DNA from: an uncultured Ignavibacteria bacterium
GTDB taxonomy: Bacteria; Bacteroidota; Ignavibacteria; SZUA-365
Direction: 5' to 3'
Length of the DNA: 64,000 nucleotides
Assembly (NCBI GenBank): GCA_913061095.1
Contig: CAJXVM010000022.1
Span: 7,845-71,844 of the forward strand
Position 1 is the first letter of the stretch, and each line of letters starts with the position of its first letter. Positions 28,875 through 39,063 of the stretch are shown piece after piece. The notes below the pieces were generated by a model. That model had not been told where the DNA came from, searched no databases, and saw only the letters and a program-made list of their open reading frames with translations. The translations under genes were made by a program, and so were the position numbers.

Positions 28875-29582
28875 CTACTTTTTCCTGTTTCTGCGGGGTT
28901 TGCGGGCGTCGGGGGCGACGAAAATGACAAATTCACGCTTCCGGTTGTGCGCCGTGTAGTGGTCGAGCAGCTGGCGCAGCGTGCCGCGGCGTACATCCTC
29001 GCGTTTGAGTGTGAGATCCGCGGCCACGACGGCGGGACGCCCGCCGCCGAATGCGGAAACGAGATCATCGAGCACCTGCACAAGACGGTAGGGCGCGTCG
29101 AGAAAGACGAGAGGGACGGGAATATTCCGCAGGTGCTGCAGTTCACGCTTGCGCTCAGGGCGCTTGGGGGAGAGAAATCCGTAGAAGTAGAATCGATGGG
29201 CATCGAAACCGGACAGGGCGAGCGCCGTGGTGAGCGAGGTCGGGCCCGGAATGGCAGTGACATGAATCCCCGTATCCAGTGCTTCGTTGAGAAGATGCCG
29301 CCCGGGATCGGCGAACACCGGCATGCCGCAATCCGAAATCAGGGCGACATTTTTCCCCATCGCAAGATCGAGAATCACCTCATCGGTCGCCTCTGTTTCC
29401 GTATGCTCGTTGATCTCCACGAGTTCCCTGTCGATGTCATGCCGATGCATCAGCCGCAGCGCCGTCTTGCGCTCCTCGCAGGCGATGTAGTCGACTTCGC
29501 GCAGCGTACGCAGAGCCCGGATGGAAATATCATCCGGGTGTCCGATGGGCGTTCCGACGATGTACAACGTGCCTTTTTTCAC
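28875..29582 (-). CDS. rsmI: 16S rRNA (cytidine1402-2'-O)-methyltransferase
   Basis: LYIVGTPIGHPDDISIRALRTLREVDYIACE N-terminal signature of the RsmI / tetrapyrrole-methylase family; 235 aa. Confidence 0.85.
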   Translation of the reverse strand: MKKGTLYIVGTPIGHPDDISIRALRTLREVDYIACEERKTALRLMHRHDIDRELVEINEHTETEATDEVILDLAMGKNVALISDCGMPVFADPGRHLLNEALDTGIHVTAIPGPTSLTTALALSGFDAHRFYFYGFLSPKRPERKRELQHLRNIPVPLVFLDAPYRLVQVLDDLVSAFGGGRPAVVAADLTLKREDVRRGTLRQLLDHYTAHNRKREFVIFVAPDARKPRRNRKK

Positions 29583-29584
29583 CG

Positions 29585-30274
29585 CTACGCCCTCCCCATG
29601 CGGCGGAGAACGGCTGCGGCAATATCCAGATCCCCCGGCTGTGTGATCTTGATGTTGTCGTGCGATCCCTCAACCACTTGCACCGGATATCCGAGCGCCT
29701 CGATCAGTGCGACATCATCCGTCACCGTGATTCCGGCCTCGGTGGCATGACGGATCGCTGCGCGGAACATGCCGGCACGCGCAGCCTGCGGCGTCTGAGC
29801 CTGCCAGATCGTGTGGCGGTCGAGCGTGCGCGTGATCACGCCGTCACGGACCTCTTTCAAGGTATCGCGCGCGCGAACGGCCAGCAGAGCGGCGTCATAC
29901 CGTGCGGCGGCTTCGGCAACGTCTCGCACATGGTGCTCTTCGACACACGGACGCGCCGCGTCATGCACGAGGACGATCATATCGTCATCCGGCACGGCGG
30001 CAACCGCCTGCGCTACGGAATCCTGCCGCCGCGCGCCACCCGGGACGATCTCGACAGCGGTTTCCAATCCTCCCTCACGCAGCAATTCCCGAAGCCGCTC
30101 GTCGTCATCCGTTGCGACGATGACGTGCTCGCAGGCAGGCATGCACGCGAACAGTGTCAGCACGTGCAGCAGTATCGGTCGTCCGAGAACCGGGAGATAC
30201 TGTTTCGGGATGGCGCTCTTCATGCGTGTGCCGGATCCCGCAGCGGGGATACATACTGTAAAGGGAGTCATCAT
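29585..30274 (-). CDS. ispD: 2-C-methyl-D-erythritol 4-phosphate cytidylyltransferase
   Basis: IPAAGSGTRM ... KQYL N-terminal motif and IspD collinearity; 229 aa, 2 nt upstream of rsmI. Confidence 0.85.
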   Translation of the reverse strand: MMTPFTVCIPAAGSGTRMKSAIPKQYLPVLGRPILLHVLTLFACMPACEHVIVATDDDERLRELLREGGLETAVEIVPGGARRQDSVAQAVAAVPDDDMIVLVHDAARPCVEEHHVRDVAEAAARYDAALLAVRARDTLKEVRDGVITRTLDRHTIWQAQTPQAARAGMFRAAIRHATEAGITVTDDVALIEALGYPVQVVEGSHDNIKITQPGDLDIAAAVLRRMGRA

Positions 30275-30280
30275 ACCTCA

Positions 30281-30317
30281 CAAAACAAACGTCACCCTTC
30301 GACGAGCGGAGGGTGAC
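30281..30317 (-). terminator. Rho-independent terminator after queA (minus strand)
   Basis: Minus-strand hairpin GTCACCCT / AGGGTGAC followed by TTTGTTTTG. Confidence 0.5.
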
Positions 30318-30358
30318 GTTGAAACATCAATCACCGCGATGCGGCGTGGATCCGCCGA

Positions 30359-31393
30359 TCAGAGAATGATCATCGCATCGCCGTAGCTGAAGAGACGGTA
30401 CCTGTCCTTGATCGCCTTTTTGTATGCCTTCATCATGAGGTCGTAGTCGGTGAAGGCGGCCACCAGCATCAGCAGTGTCGATTTCGGCTGATGAAAATTC
30501 GTGATCAGCTTGTCGGTGATCTTGAAATCGTAGGGCGGATAGATGAATTTGTCCGTCCATCCGCGCGTTGGCGCCAGCTGGCGCATCGTGGTCACACTGG
30601 ATTCCAGCGCGCGAACGGTGCTCGTGCCGCAGACGAAGACATTTTTCTTCGCTTCCTTCGTCTTGTTCACGGCGACGCAGGCCTCGGGCGGGATTTCATA
30701 GTACTCGGAATCCATCTTGTGCTTGGTAAGATCCTCCACTTCCACCGGACGGAACGTGCCGTGACCGATATGCAGAAGGACGGAAGAAACCGACACACCT
30801 TTCTTTTTCAGGCGCCCGAGCAGCTTCCTGGTGAAGTGCAGGCCGGCAGTGGGAGCGGCGACGGCACCGATCTGCCGAGCGTATACGGTCTGATAGTTTT
30901 CCTTGTCCGACTCCTCGGCCTCGCGCTTGATGTACGGCGGCAGCGGTGTCTGTCCCACACTGTCGATCAGCTTGAAGAAATCGCCGTTGTAATTAAAGCG
31001 CACCGTGCGCCCGCGGGAGGTCGTGTTGTCGATGACCTCGCACATGAGCTTGTCGGAAAAGTAGATTTTATTGCCGATGCGCACCTTGCGTGCGGGATCG
31101 ACGATGACATCCCAGAGCCGCTCCTCCTTGCTCAGTTCGCGCAACAGGAACACCTCGATCTTTGCATTGGTCTTCTCTTTGCGTCCGATAAGCCGCGCGG
31201 GAAACACCTTCGTGTCATTCAGCACGAGGGAATCACCTTTCTTGAAGTACTCGTGGATATCAGAGAAGGCGCGGTGCTCAACATCCCCGGTGTCGCGATG
31301 CACGACCAGGAGACGGGCCTGATCACGCTGCTCGACGGGATATTTGGCAACGAGCGTCTTGGGAAAATTATAGTCGAAATCGGAAAGTTTCAT
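30359..31393 (-). CDS. queA: S-adenosylmethionine:tRNA ribosyltransferase-isomerase
   Basis: MKLSDFDYNFPKTLVAKYP ... ARLLVV N-terminus and FTDYDLMM C-terminal region typical of QueA. The start was chosen at the ATG at 31393 rather than the upstream ORF-track Met. Confidence 0.88.
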   Translation of the reverse strand: MKLSDFDYNFPKTLVAKYPVEQRDQARLLVVHRDTGDVEHRAFSDIHEYFKKGDSLVLNDTKVFPARLIGRKEKTNAKIEVFLLRELSKEERLWDVIVDPARKVRIGNKIYFSDKLMCEVIDNTTSRGRTVRFNYNGDFFKLIDSVGQTPLPPYIKREAEESDKENYQTVYARQIGAVAAPTAGLHFTRKLLGRLKKKGVSVSSVLLHIGHGTFRPVEVEDLTKHKMDSEYYEIPPEACVAVNKTKEAKKNVFVCGTSTVRALESSVTTMRQLAPTRGWTDKFIYPPYDFKITDKLITNFHQPKSTLLMLVAAFTDYDLMMKAYKKAIKDRYRLFSYGDAMIIL

Positions 31394-31763
31394 ATGGCCG
31401 GGCCTGAATAATGAGGAAATACACTCTCTCGAATCAGAAAAACGGCGAAACACCTCGAACGGGACAACGGGAGGCACCCTTTTTCGCCGCATTTACAAAA
31501 ATACAAAAAACGGGAGGCGCTGTCAACGTAATAGTTGACGATATGCCTGAAATCCCATATATTGCGGGACACCCCTCTTTTCTCTTTTCCGTTTCCGACG
31601 CTGTTTTTCGCTGATTATCAAGCATTTGAAGCGCCTGCAGCAGACCTCTGCTTCATCCATGTTTTTGATTTCAACGGGCATTTTGACAATTTCAGGATAC
31701 CGTTGTCGCATTTGAATGCGACACGACGCCATCCAACCGCCATCCAGACCAAGGAGTTCCCGT

Positions 31764-33818
31764 ATGATCGCCCCCCAGCTGCTGAATCCAAGGAGTATCG
31801 TCGTCGTCGGAGGTTCGAATGACATCCACAAGCCCGGCGGAAAAGTCCTCAAAAACATCATCGATGGAGGGTTTTCCGGCGCGCTGTACGCAAGCAATCC
31901 GAAAGAGGACGAAGTGCAGGGAATCCGCAGCTACCGCGATCCTGCGGATCTGCCGCAGGTGGACCTCGCGGTGATCGCCATCGCGGCGAAATACACGCTC
32001 CCGGTGATCGAATTACTGGCGAAGGAAAAGGGCACGCGGGGATTCATCATCCTCAGCGCGGGCTACAGCGAGGAAAGCGAAGAGGGCCGGAAGCTCGAAG
32101 AGCAGATCGTCGAGGTCGTCGACAGCGTCGGCGGCTCGCTGATCGGCCCGAACTGCATCGGGATCATGACGCCGCAGCATATCAGCGCGTTCACCGAACC
32201 CATACCGAAACTCGATCCGAAAGGCGCGGATTTCATTACCGGTTCGGGCGCCACGGCCTGTTTCATTCTCGAGGCGGGTATTCCGAAGGGTCTCAGTTTC
32301 GCGAGCGTCTTCTCCGTCGGCAACAGCGCACAGCTCGGCGTCGAGGAAGTTCTCGAACACCTCGACCTGACCTTCGATCCCGAGCGCAGCTCGCGCGTGA
32401 AACTCCTCTACATCGAAACCATCAGTAATCCACAGAAGCTGCTCAAACACGCCTCCTCCCTGATCCGCAAAGGCTGCCGCATTGCCGCCGTCAAGGCCGG
32501 ATCGTCCGAGGCGGGCAGCCGTGCCGCTTCCTCGCACACCGGCGCGCTGGCAAGCTCCGACACAGCGGTGGACGCGCTGTTCCGCAAGGCGGGCATCGTG
32601 CGCTGCTACGGCCGGGAGGACCTGATTACCGTGGCATCCATCTTTTCCTCACCGCCGTTGGAAGGAAAGAACATCGCGATCATCACGCATGCCGGCGGTC
32701 CGGCCGTGATGCTCACCGACGCGCTCTCCGAGGGCGGCCTCAGCGTCCCGCATCTCGAGGATCCCGCCGCGGACGAACTGCTGACGCATCTGTTCCCGGG
32801 TTCCTCGGTCGCGAATCCCATCGACTTCCTCGCAACCGGCACCGCCGAGCAGCTCGGGACGATCATCGATTTTGTCGATCAGCGTTTTGATGACATCGAT
32901 GCCATGGTCGTAATTTTTGGCACGCCCGGACTGGTGAAAATCTTCGACGTCTACGACGTGCTGCACGAAAAAATGAATACCGCCCGGAAACCGATCTATC
33001 CCGTCCTGCCTTCGACGCTGACGGCACGTGAAGAGGTCGACGCCTTTTTGTCGAAGGGACATATCAACTTCCCCGATGAGGTCACCTTCGGCAACGCCCT
33101 CGCGCGGGTCTGGAACACCCCCGCACCTGCGGCGGAAGACACGCTGCCGACGGTCGACGTGCAGGCGGTGCGGGATATCATCGAAGCCGAAAAAGACGGG
33201 TACATCCCTCCCTCCTCCATTCAGAAACTGCTCGATGCCTGCGGCATCCCGCGCGCGGGCGAGGCGGTCGTCACGACAGCCGATGACGCGGTCGCTGCCG
33301 CCGGCGAACTCGGCTACCCCGTTGTCATGAAAGTTGTGGGTCCCGTGCACAAATCCGATGTCGGCGGTGTCATGCTCAACATCGCGGACGCGGAGGAGGT
33401 ACGCCGCGAATTCACGCGCATGATTGACATTCCTGAAACCACCGCCGTACTGCTGCAGCCCATGCTTTCGGGCACGGAGCTGTTCGCCGGGGCAAAGAAA
33501 GAAGAGAAATTCGGTCACATGGTTCTGTGCGGACTCGGCGGCATTTTCATCGAGGTTCTGAAAGATGTGAACAGCGGCCTCGCTCCGCTCACGCGCGAGG
33601 AAGCGCTGTGGATGATCCGCCACCTGAAGGGACACGGCATCCTCGAGGGCGCCCGCGGGCAGGAGGGCGTTGACGAGAATGCCTTCGCGGATGTCATCGT
33701 ACGCCTCGGCGCACTGGTGCAGGCAGCGCCGGAGATCGCCGAGCTCGACCTGAATCCACTGCTCGGCAATGCGCGCGCGGTGACCGCCGTTGATGCGCGG
33801 ATCAGGATTGAGAAGTGA
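31764..33818 (+). CDS. Acetate--CoA ligase (ADP-forming) / NDP-forming acyl-CoA synthetase family protein
   Basis: CoA-binding N-terminus (IVVVGGSN...HKPGGKV), succinyl-CoA-synthetase-like middle region and a C-terminal ATP-grasp domain (VVMKVVGPVHKSDVGGV); AAGGAG ribosome-binding site before the ATG at 31764. Confidence 0.8.
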   Translation: MIAPQLLNPRSIVVVGGSNDIHKPGGKVLKNIIDGGFSGALYASNPKEDEVQGIRSYRDPADLPQVDLAVIAIAAKYTLPVIELLAKEKGTRGFIILSAGYSEESEEGRKLEEQIVEVVDSVGGSLIGPNCIGIMTPQHISAFTEPIPKLDPKGADFITGSGATACFILEAGIPKGLSFASVFSVGNSAQLGVEEVLEHLDLTFDPERSSRVKLLYIETISNPQKLLKHASSLIRKGCRIAAVKAGSSEAGSRAASSHTGALASSDTAVDALFRKAGIVRCYGREDLITVASIFSSPPLEGKNIAIITHAGGPAVMLTDALSEGGLSVPHLEDPAADELLTHLFPGSSVANPIDFLATGTAEQLGTIIDFVDQRFDDIDAMVVIFGTPGLVKIFDVYDVLHEKMNTARKPIYPVLPSTLTAREEVDAFLSKGHINFPDEVTFGNALARVWNTPAPAAEDTLPTVDVQAVRDIIEAEKDGYIPPSSIQKLLDACGIPRAGEAVVTTADDAVAAAGELGYPVVMKVVGPVHKSDVGGVMLNIADAEEVRREFTRMIDIPETTAVLLQPMLSGTELFAGAKKEEKFGHMVLCGLGGIFIEVLKDVNSGLAPLTREEALWMIRHLKGHGILEGARGQEGVDENAFADVIVRLGALVQAAPEIAELDLNPLLGNARAVTAVDARIRIEK

Positions 33819-34608
33819 TTCATGGGAATCTGATCAGCGAAGCGGCGAAGGAAGCGAAGGATTGTCGCCGGAGGAACATGAGAAGAAAAGCACGGCGTAT
33901 CAGGACGACGTGAGCAGGACGGAAGATATACGCGCGGAGCTGGAGGCGGTGTTTCCTTTGCGGGAGATGGTCGTGACCGCGGGTGGACGTGAATACCGGC
34001 TCACGACAGCGGAGGATATCGAGCAGCTGATTGACGGTATCACGCAGGAAGAATTCAGCAAGGATGAGCGGCTGCCGTACTGGGCCGAACTCTGGCACAG
34101 CGCCGCAGCCCTGGCGGAGTTTCTCGCCGGCCAGTCCGCCCGGCTTCGCGGTACGCGCGTTCTCGAGATCGGCTGCGGCCTCGCCCTGCCGGGCATCGTC
34201 GCAGCTGCAGCAGGTGCGCGTGTCACCTGCACCGATTTCGAGAAACACGCGCTGCTTGCCGCTGAACTGAACTTTCTTCAGAATCTCCCCGGCTATTCTC
34301 CCGATATTCAGTATATCGATTTTCGCGAACCGCCCGATAAACGCTGGCCGCTCATCATCGGCGCGGATGTCATCTACGAGAAGCGCTTCATCGAACCGCT
34401 CGCACAGTTTTTCGGAAGAGTGCTGGATGAGGATGGTACGATCCTGCTCGCCGAACCGAATCGTCTGATCGCCGTTCCGCTCTTTCAGGCGCTGGAACGC
34501 GACGGTTTCCGCTGGAATCGGCACGGGCGCCACGCGGAACTGCACGGCCGTGATGTGGAAATCAGCATCTACGAGATCAGCCGTTCTCGCGCAGCCATTT
34601 TTTCATAA
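33790..34608 (+). CDS. Class I SAM-dependent methyltransferase (METTL21 / Nnt1-like protein-lysine methyltransferase family)
   Basis: VLEIGCGLALPGIVAA motif I and the post-II acidic motif GADVIYE. The true start is probably internal (GTG near 33910 or Met near 33964), because the ORF overlaps the upstream gene's end. Confidence 0.6.
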   Translation: MMRGSGLRSDSWESDQRSGEGSEGLSPEEHEKKSTAYQDDVSRTEDIRAELEAVFPLREMVVTAGGREYRLTTAEDIEQLIDGITQEEFSKDERLPYWAELWHSAAALAEFLAGQSARLRGTRVLEIGCGLALPGIVAAAAGARVTCTDFEKHALLAAELNFLQNLPGYSPDIQYIDFREPPDKRWPLIIGADVIYEKRFIEPLAQFFGRVLDEDGTILLAEPNRLIAVPLFQALERDGFRWNRHGRHAELHGRDVEISIYEISRSRAAIFS

Positions 34609-35374
34609 TTGACCGGCGCAGATTGTCAGACTTCCAGCCATTCGGACATTTCTGCGCGATGCGAAATGCCGCAGCCGCTTCCTTCTCCCTGTCGTCCGCG
34701 ATGTATGTGAGGCCGAGTTCGAAATGGTGGCGCAGAACGTCGGGGCCCTGCCTGATGGCGGCCTGGAAATGTCTGATGGATGCTTCGATGCTGCCATCCG
34801 GCATGGATCCCAGAAACATGTTCGCCAGCTGCCGTTCTATCCAGCCGACCTCCGCCACCTCGCGGTGCCAGGTCCCGTATATGGTGTGTGCGACTTCGTT
34901 CCTCGGGTCCAGCTCCAGGGCGCGATCGAGTTCATCTCTGATCCTGTTTGCCAGCTTCACCTTTTCCTTCCCGCCCGCGAACATCGCGTAGCTGCCATGC
35001 GAAGCAGCGAGATAGGCCCACGCATTGGCGTTCCGCCCGTCCGCGCGCACCGCGGCTTCCGCATACCTCACGGCGTCGCGGAAATACCGCTCCTGCGCCT
35101 TGCTGTCAGTGGTTCCGTCTCCATCGTTGATGGCATGCTGCGCCAGGCGCCAGAGAATTTCCGCTTCGTTTGGATACTGTGGGAGCAGATCTTCGAGCAG
35201 CTTCCGCGCGGCATCATAGCGCTCCTGGAGAAACAGCTCCTCGCTGCGCGCGATGGTGGATGCGAGTGCCGCAGACGGATCGGCGATGCGATCAGGTTTC
35301 GCGGAGATGGCGGCGGTCAGCGGCAGTGCGACTGCAAGCAGGAAAACAGACAGCACGACCTTGCCCGGCCGCAT
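34577..35374 (-). CDS. TPR-like secreted protein (regulator-of-microtubule-dynamics-like fold)
   Basis: Signal-peptide-like MRPGKVVLSVFLLAVALPLTAA followed by helical TPR-like repeats. The ORF track extends to 35503, but the signal peptide suggests a start at 35374 or 35410. Confidence 0.55.
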   Translation of the reverse strand: MRPGKVVLSVFLLAVALPLTAAISAKPDRIADPSAALASTIARSEELFLQERYDAARKLLEDLLPQYPNEAEILWRLAQHAINDGDGTTDSKAQERYFRDAVRYAEAAVRADGRNANAWAYLAASHGSYAMFAGGKEKVKLANRIRDELDRALELDPRNEVAHTIYGTWHREVAEVGWIERQLANMFLGSMPDGSIEASIRHFQAAIRQGPDVLRHHFELGLTYIADDREKEAAAAFRIAQKCPNGWKSDNLRRSIMKKWLRENG

Positions 35375-35624
35375 ACTGCGGGCTGTCCGCGGTGCCTGCG
35401 CGCTGTTCATGCTTCTCGATCTGGATGCGAATTTCATATTCGGTCTCAACTGTGATACGGATCTCCCGCGGTCGGCGGTCGGCATTTCCATCGGCGTTGA
35501 CACAGGGAGATTTAAGATAGACTATATCCGAAACATCGGGTTCTGTTGTTGTGGTTCCTGGATATGACACAAAAAACTCCCCGCCCGTGTGGAATTGTTC
35601 AGGGAAATGTGAGATTTTTATGAG

Positions 35625-38126
35625 ATGAAAACTCCAGCAGCAATTCCCGTGCTCATCGCAGTCATTCTGCTCACAGTTGTCATACCTGCGGCGGCGCAGC
35701 AGCGCATCACCGGCGTCGTGCGTGATGCGGAAAGCGGCGAGCCCCTGCAGTTCGCGAATATCTGGATCAAGGACAGCCAGAAGGGTACGACCAGCGATCG
35801 TGACGGACGTTTCACGATACTGCTCGATCCGGGCACCTACGACGTCGTCGTCAGCTATATCGGCTACGACAGCGAATCCCGGCGCGTCCGCGTGCCGGGA
35901 GCAGGCAAGCTCGACTTCGCACTCCGGCAGAAGAGCATCGAGATGCCGGCGGTGGAGGTGACGCCGGACGACAATCCCGCCCTGCGCATTATCCGTCTTG
36001 CGATCGAAGCGAAGGAAAAGCGGCGCGAGCGCCTGCGGAATTACAGCCTGACATCCCACACCAAGCTGAGCGTGCGCGTGGAAGGAGCGCTCGAGGGAAT
36101 GTCCGCCGACGGCGAGAGCGCATCGATGCGCATCGGTATCGGTGGAGGGGGGGATGACGACAGCAATGAAGACACGGGCAGCGATGCGGATGCCGCAAAA
36201 CAGGACAGCGCGCGGCCCCTGCCAATACTGCTGGAGACGCAGACCGAGGCCTACTGGACGCGGCCCGACCGCTACAAAGAAATCGTCACCGCGCGCAAGC
36301 AAAGCGCGATGATTCCATCGCAGGCCAACTTCATGATCAGCGCATTCTTCATCATCGACTTTTCCGCGGACGAGCTTTCCTTCGGGCAGGGCGTGCCCGT
36401 GCCCGGACCGATTTCCGAACGCGGCCTCGACAGCTACTACTATCGTCTTGTCGGCGAAACCGTGCTCGACAGCACCACCATTCACCAGATCGAAATATCA
36501 CCGCTCGCCGACAGCGAGCCGCTGCTGGAAGGCACGATTTACATCGCCGACGGCACCTGGGCACTGTCGATGGTGGATGTGCGCCTCAACGACGCCGCCA
36601 TGCCGCAGTTCTTCAGCGATCTCGCATTCAGGCAGAACTTCCGTCTGTTCGATGATGAATTCTGGATGCCGGTCGATGTCGCGGTGGACGCCGACATCGA
36701 TGTTCCGGTGGTGAATATCGGGGTGGGGATTGAAGGATTGTCCGTTCTTCAGGATTACCGCATCAACCGGAAGATCAACGAGGATTTCTTCGACCGCACG
36801 CGCATCAAGATTCTGAAGGAAGCCGACGAGCGGGATTCCGCCTACTGGGAGACGCACAAAATGATTCCCACTACGGAGGAAGAAGAACGCGCATACCTGC
36901 GCGCCGACACCGTCAAGATGCAGCTCGACTCGCTGCAGTACGCGGTGGGATTCGGGGATTTCCTCTTCGGTGGCAGCACCGGTTCCGACGATGCGATCGT
37001 CAGTTTCCCCGGGATCATATCATTGTATCGATTCAATCGCGTCGAGGGACACGCGCTCGACGGGGATGTGCGTCTTTCGCTTCCCGCATCGCCTCTGCGA
37101 AGCGTCTTCGCCGGAGCGGGATACGGCTTCAGCGACGAGCGCCTGAAATACCGCTTTGGCGGCAGGATGCAGTTTTTCAATTCTCCCTCGCTGGTCATCG
37201 GAGCAGCGCGCTATTTCGAGCGCGGCTTTATCGACAGCAACCGCGATCCTGCGGGTGAATCGCTGGTCACGCTGTTCAACCTGCTCGCCAAGTACGATTA
37301 CCGCGATTACTTCTACCGCGACGGCTGGCGTCTGCGTGCGAGCTACGATCCCTTCCTGCTCTTCCCCATGACCGTGACGTATCGTGACGACCGCTTCTAC
37401 AACGCCGTGAAAAACACTGACTGGAGCGTGTTCCGGCAAAGCTGGAAATTCCGTGGAAATCCGGCGGTGAATGAGGGACGCATCCGCTCGGTCACGGTAG
37501 CGATCAGTTTCGACAATCGCAGCTTCATCGACAACGCCGGCGAAATCATGCGCTTCGGTTCGCGCAATCACACGCCGACCCTGCTCGCCGGGATGCACAA
37601 AGCCGATATCGCGGGCGACAGCTGGGACATCCTCACGCTCGGAGGGCGGCTTTCGGGGGATTTCAACTTCGGTCTTATCGGCGAGTTGTCGTATCGTTTC
37701 GCCGGTGACTGGACCGCCGACCCGCTGCCGACGCAGATGCTGTACAACCTGCAGGGCAGCATGGACTGGCTCACCTGGCCGCGCCGTTTCCGCACGCTGG
37801 ACTTCCGCGAATTCGGCGGCGACCGCCGCGCCACCGCCCGTTTCACCTGGAACTTCCGCGACTGGATTTTCCGCGCCACCAACATTCCCCTGCTGGAAGA
37901 CACCGGCTGGATGCTCGAACTCTTCGCCTCCGGCGGATGGACGCGCATATCCGACGACACCCGCGTCCTGCAGACCGTCGACGTCACCGAAACCGCCTCC
38001 GTCTTCTGGGAGACCGGGTTCAGCATAAAAAACATCCTCTCCGTGCTGCAGGTTGACCTCGCGTGGAGACTGAATCATTTCAGGGATGGGAGGAATTTTT
38101 ATTTCGGGATTGGGTTGGGGATGTGA
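35625..38126 (+). CDS. DUF5686-family outer-membrane protein with an N-terminal carboxypeptidase-regulatory-like domain (paralog of 11213..13789)
   Basis: 833 aa. ITGVVRDAESGEPLQFANIWIKDSQKGTTSDRDGRFTILLDPGTYDVVVSYIGY aligns with the other copy, including its shared internal blocks such as TQTEAYWTRPDRYKE vs TQTEAWFQRPDRHKV. Confidence 0.75.
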   Translation: MKTPAAIPVLIAVILLTVVIPAAAQQRITGVVRDAESGEPLQFANIWIKDSQKGTTSDRDGRFTILLDPGTYDVVVSYIGYDSESRRVRVPGAGKLDFALRQKSIEMPAVEVTPDDNPALRIIRLAIEAKEKRRERLRNYSLTSHTKLSVRVEGALEGMSADGESASMRIGIGGGGDDDSNEDTGSDADAAKQDSARPLPILLETQTEAYWTRPDRYKEIVTARKQSAMIPSQANFMISAFFIIDFSADELSFGQGVPVPGPISERGLDSYYYRLVGETVLDSTTIHQIEISPLADSEPLLEGTIYIADGTWALSMVDVRLNDAAMPQFFSDLAFRQNFRLFDDEFWMPVDVAVDADIDVPVVNIGVGIEGLSVLQDYRINRKINEDFFDRTRIKILKEADERDSAYWETHKMIPTTEEEERAYLRADTVKMQLDSLQYAVGFGDFLFGGSTGSDDAIVSFPGIISLYRFNRVEGHALDGDVRLSLPASPLRSVFAGAGYGFSDERLKYRFGGRMQFFNSPSLVIGAARYFERGFIDSNRDPAGESLVTLFNLLAKYDYRDYFYRDGWRLRASYDPFLLFPMTVTYRDDRFYNAVKNTDWSVFRQSWKFRGNPAVNEGRIRSVTVAISFDNRSFIDNAGEIMRFGSRNHTPTLLAGMHKADIAGDSWDILTLGGRLSGDFNFGLIGELSYRFAGDWTADPLPTQMLYNLQGSMDWLTWPRRFRTLDFREFGGDRRATARFTWNFRDWIFRATNIPLLEDTGWMLELFASGGWTRISDDTRVLQTVDVTETASVFWETGFSIKNILSVLQVDLAWRLNHFRDGRNFYFGIGLGM

Positions 38127-38154
38127 AATCCGTGGTCCCTCCCCGTGGATCACC

Positions 38155-38886
38155 TCATTTCTTCAGCGCCCGATACTCCCCCGCCCAGAACTTCTTCCTC
38201 ACTCTCAGCAGCCCCTTGATATCATCGATCGCCGTGCTGACGATCTTGACCCGCGTGTCGAGATCCTCGATCCACTTCACGGGGACGTCAAAGATACGGT
38301 ACCCGGATTTCTCCCCGATGATGAGCAGTTCGCTGTCGAAGAACCACACGTTGTCTTCAATGACAGGGATCAGCTTTTCGATCACTTCCCTCGTGACAGC
38401 CTTGAAACCGCACTGCGCGTCGGAAAAACGCGTGAAGAACATGGACTTGACCATGAGATTATACGTGCGGGAAATGAACTCACGCTTGACGCTGCGCTCG
38501 GTGTTGGCACCTTTCATCAGGCGGGAGCCCGTCCCGATGTCATATCCCTCATGCGCCAGCGCGTTGATCATCGGCGGGAAGGATTCCAGGTTGGTGGAAA
38601 GATCCACGTCCATGTAGCTCGCGATGTCGGCACCGGACTCCATCCACGACTTCTTCAGCGCACGGCCGCGCCCCTTCTGCTCGAGGCGAAGATAGCGCAC
38701 GCGCTCATATTCGTCAGACAGCTGCTTCGAAACCTCGGGAGTATTGTCGATCGACGCATTGTCCGCAATCTCGATCGTCCAGTCATAATCGCCCATGTGT
38801 TCGGAAAGGAACTGATGCAGCACCGGGATGCTGACGGGCAGGGCTTTTTCTTCGTTGTACACGGGAATGGTGACGAGCAGTTTCAT
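38155..38886 (-). CDS. Family 2 glycosyltransferase (polyprenyl-phosphate sugar transferase-like)
   Basis: MKLLVTIPVYNEE, the DNASIDNT (DxD region) and FFDSEL motifs. The start was taken at Met-44 of the track ORF. Confidence 0.75.
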   Translation of the reverse strand: MKLLVTIPVYNEEKALPVSIPVLHQFLSEHMGDYDWTIEIADNASIDNTPEVSKQLSDEYERVRYLRLEQKGRGRALKKSWMESGADIASYMDVDLSTNLESFPPMINALAHEGYDIGTGSRLMKGANTERSVKREFISRTYNLMVKSMFFTRFSDAQCGFKAVTREVIEKLIPVIEDNVWFFDSELLIIGEKSGYRIFDVPVKWIEDLDTRVKIVSTAIDDIKGLLRVRKKFWAGEYRALKK

Positions 38887-39063
38887 GGCGCTACGCGCAG
38901 GTGCGACAGGATGGTTATCAAAAGTAGGAACCCCCACAGGCATTTCCAAGAAAGAACGCCGTCCGGGTAATCCGTGAAATCTGTGGTGAGATTTTTTACA
39001 TCCCCATGACAACACATGCGTCCGAATTCCGTAGCATCCCTCCAGAACAAGGAGGAAACCGCC

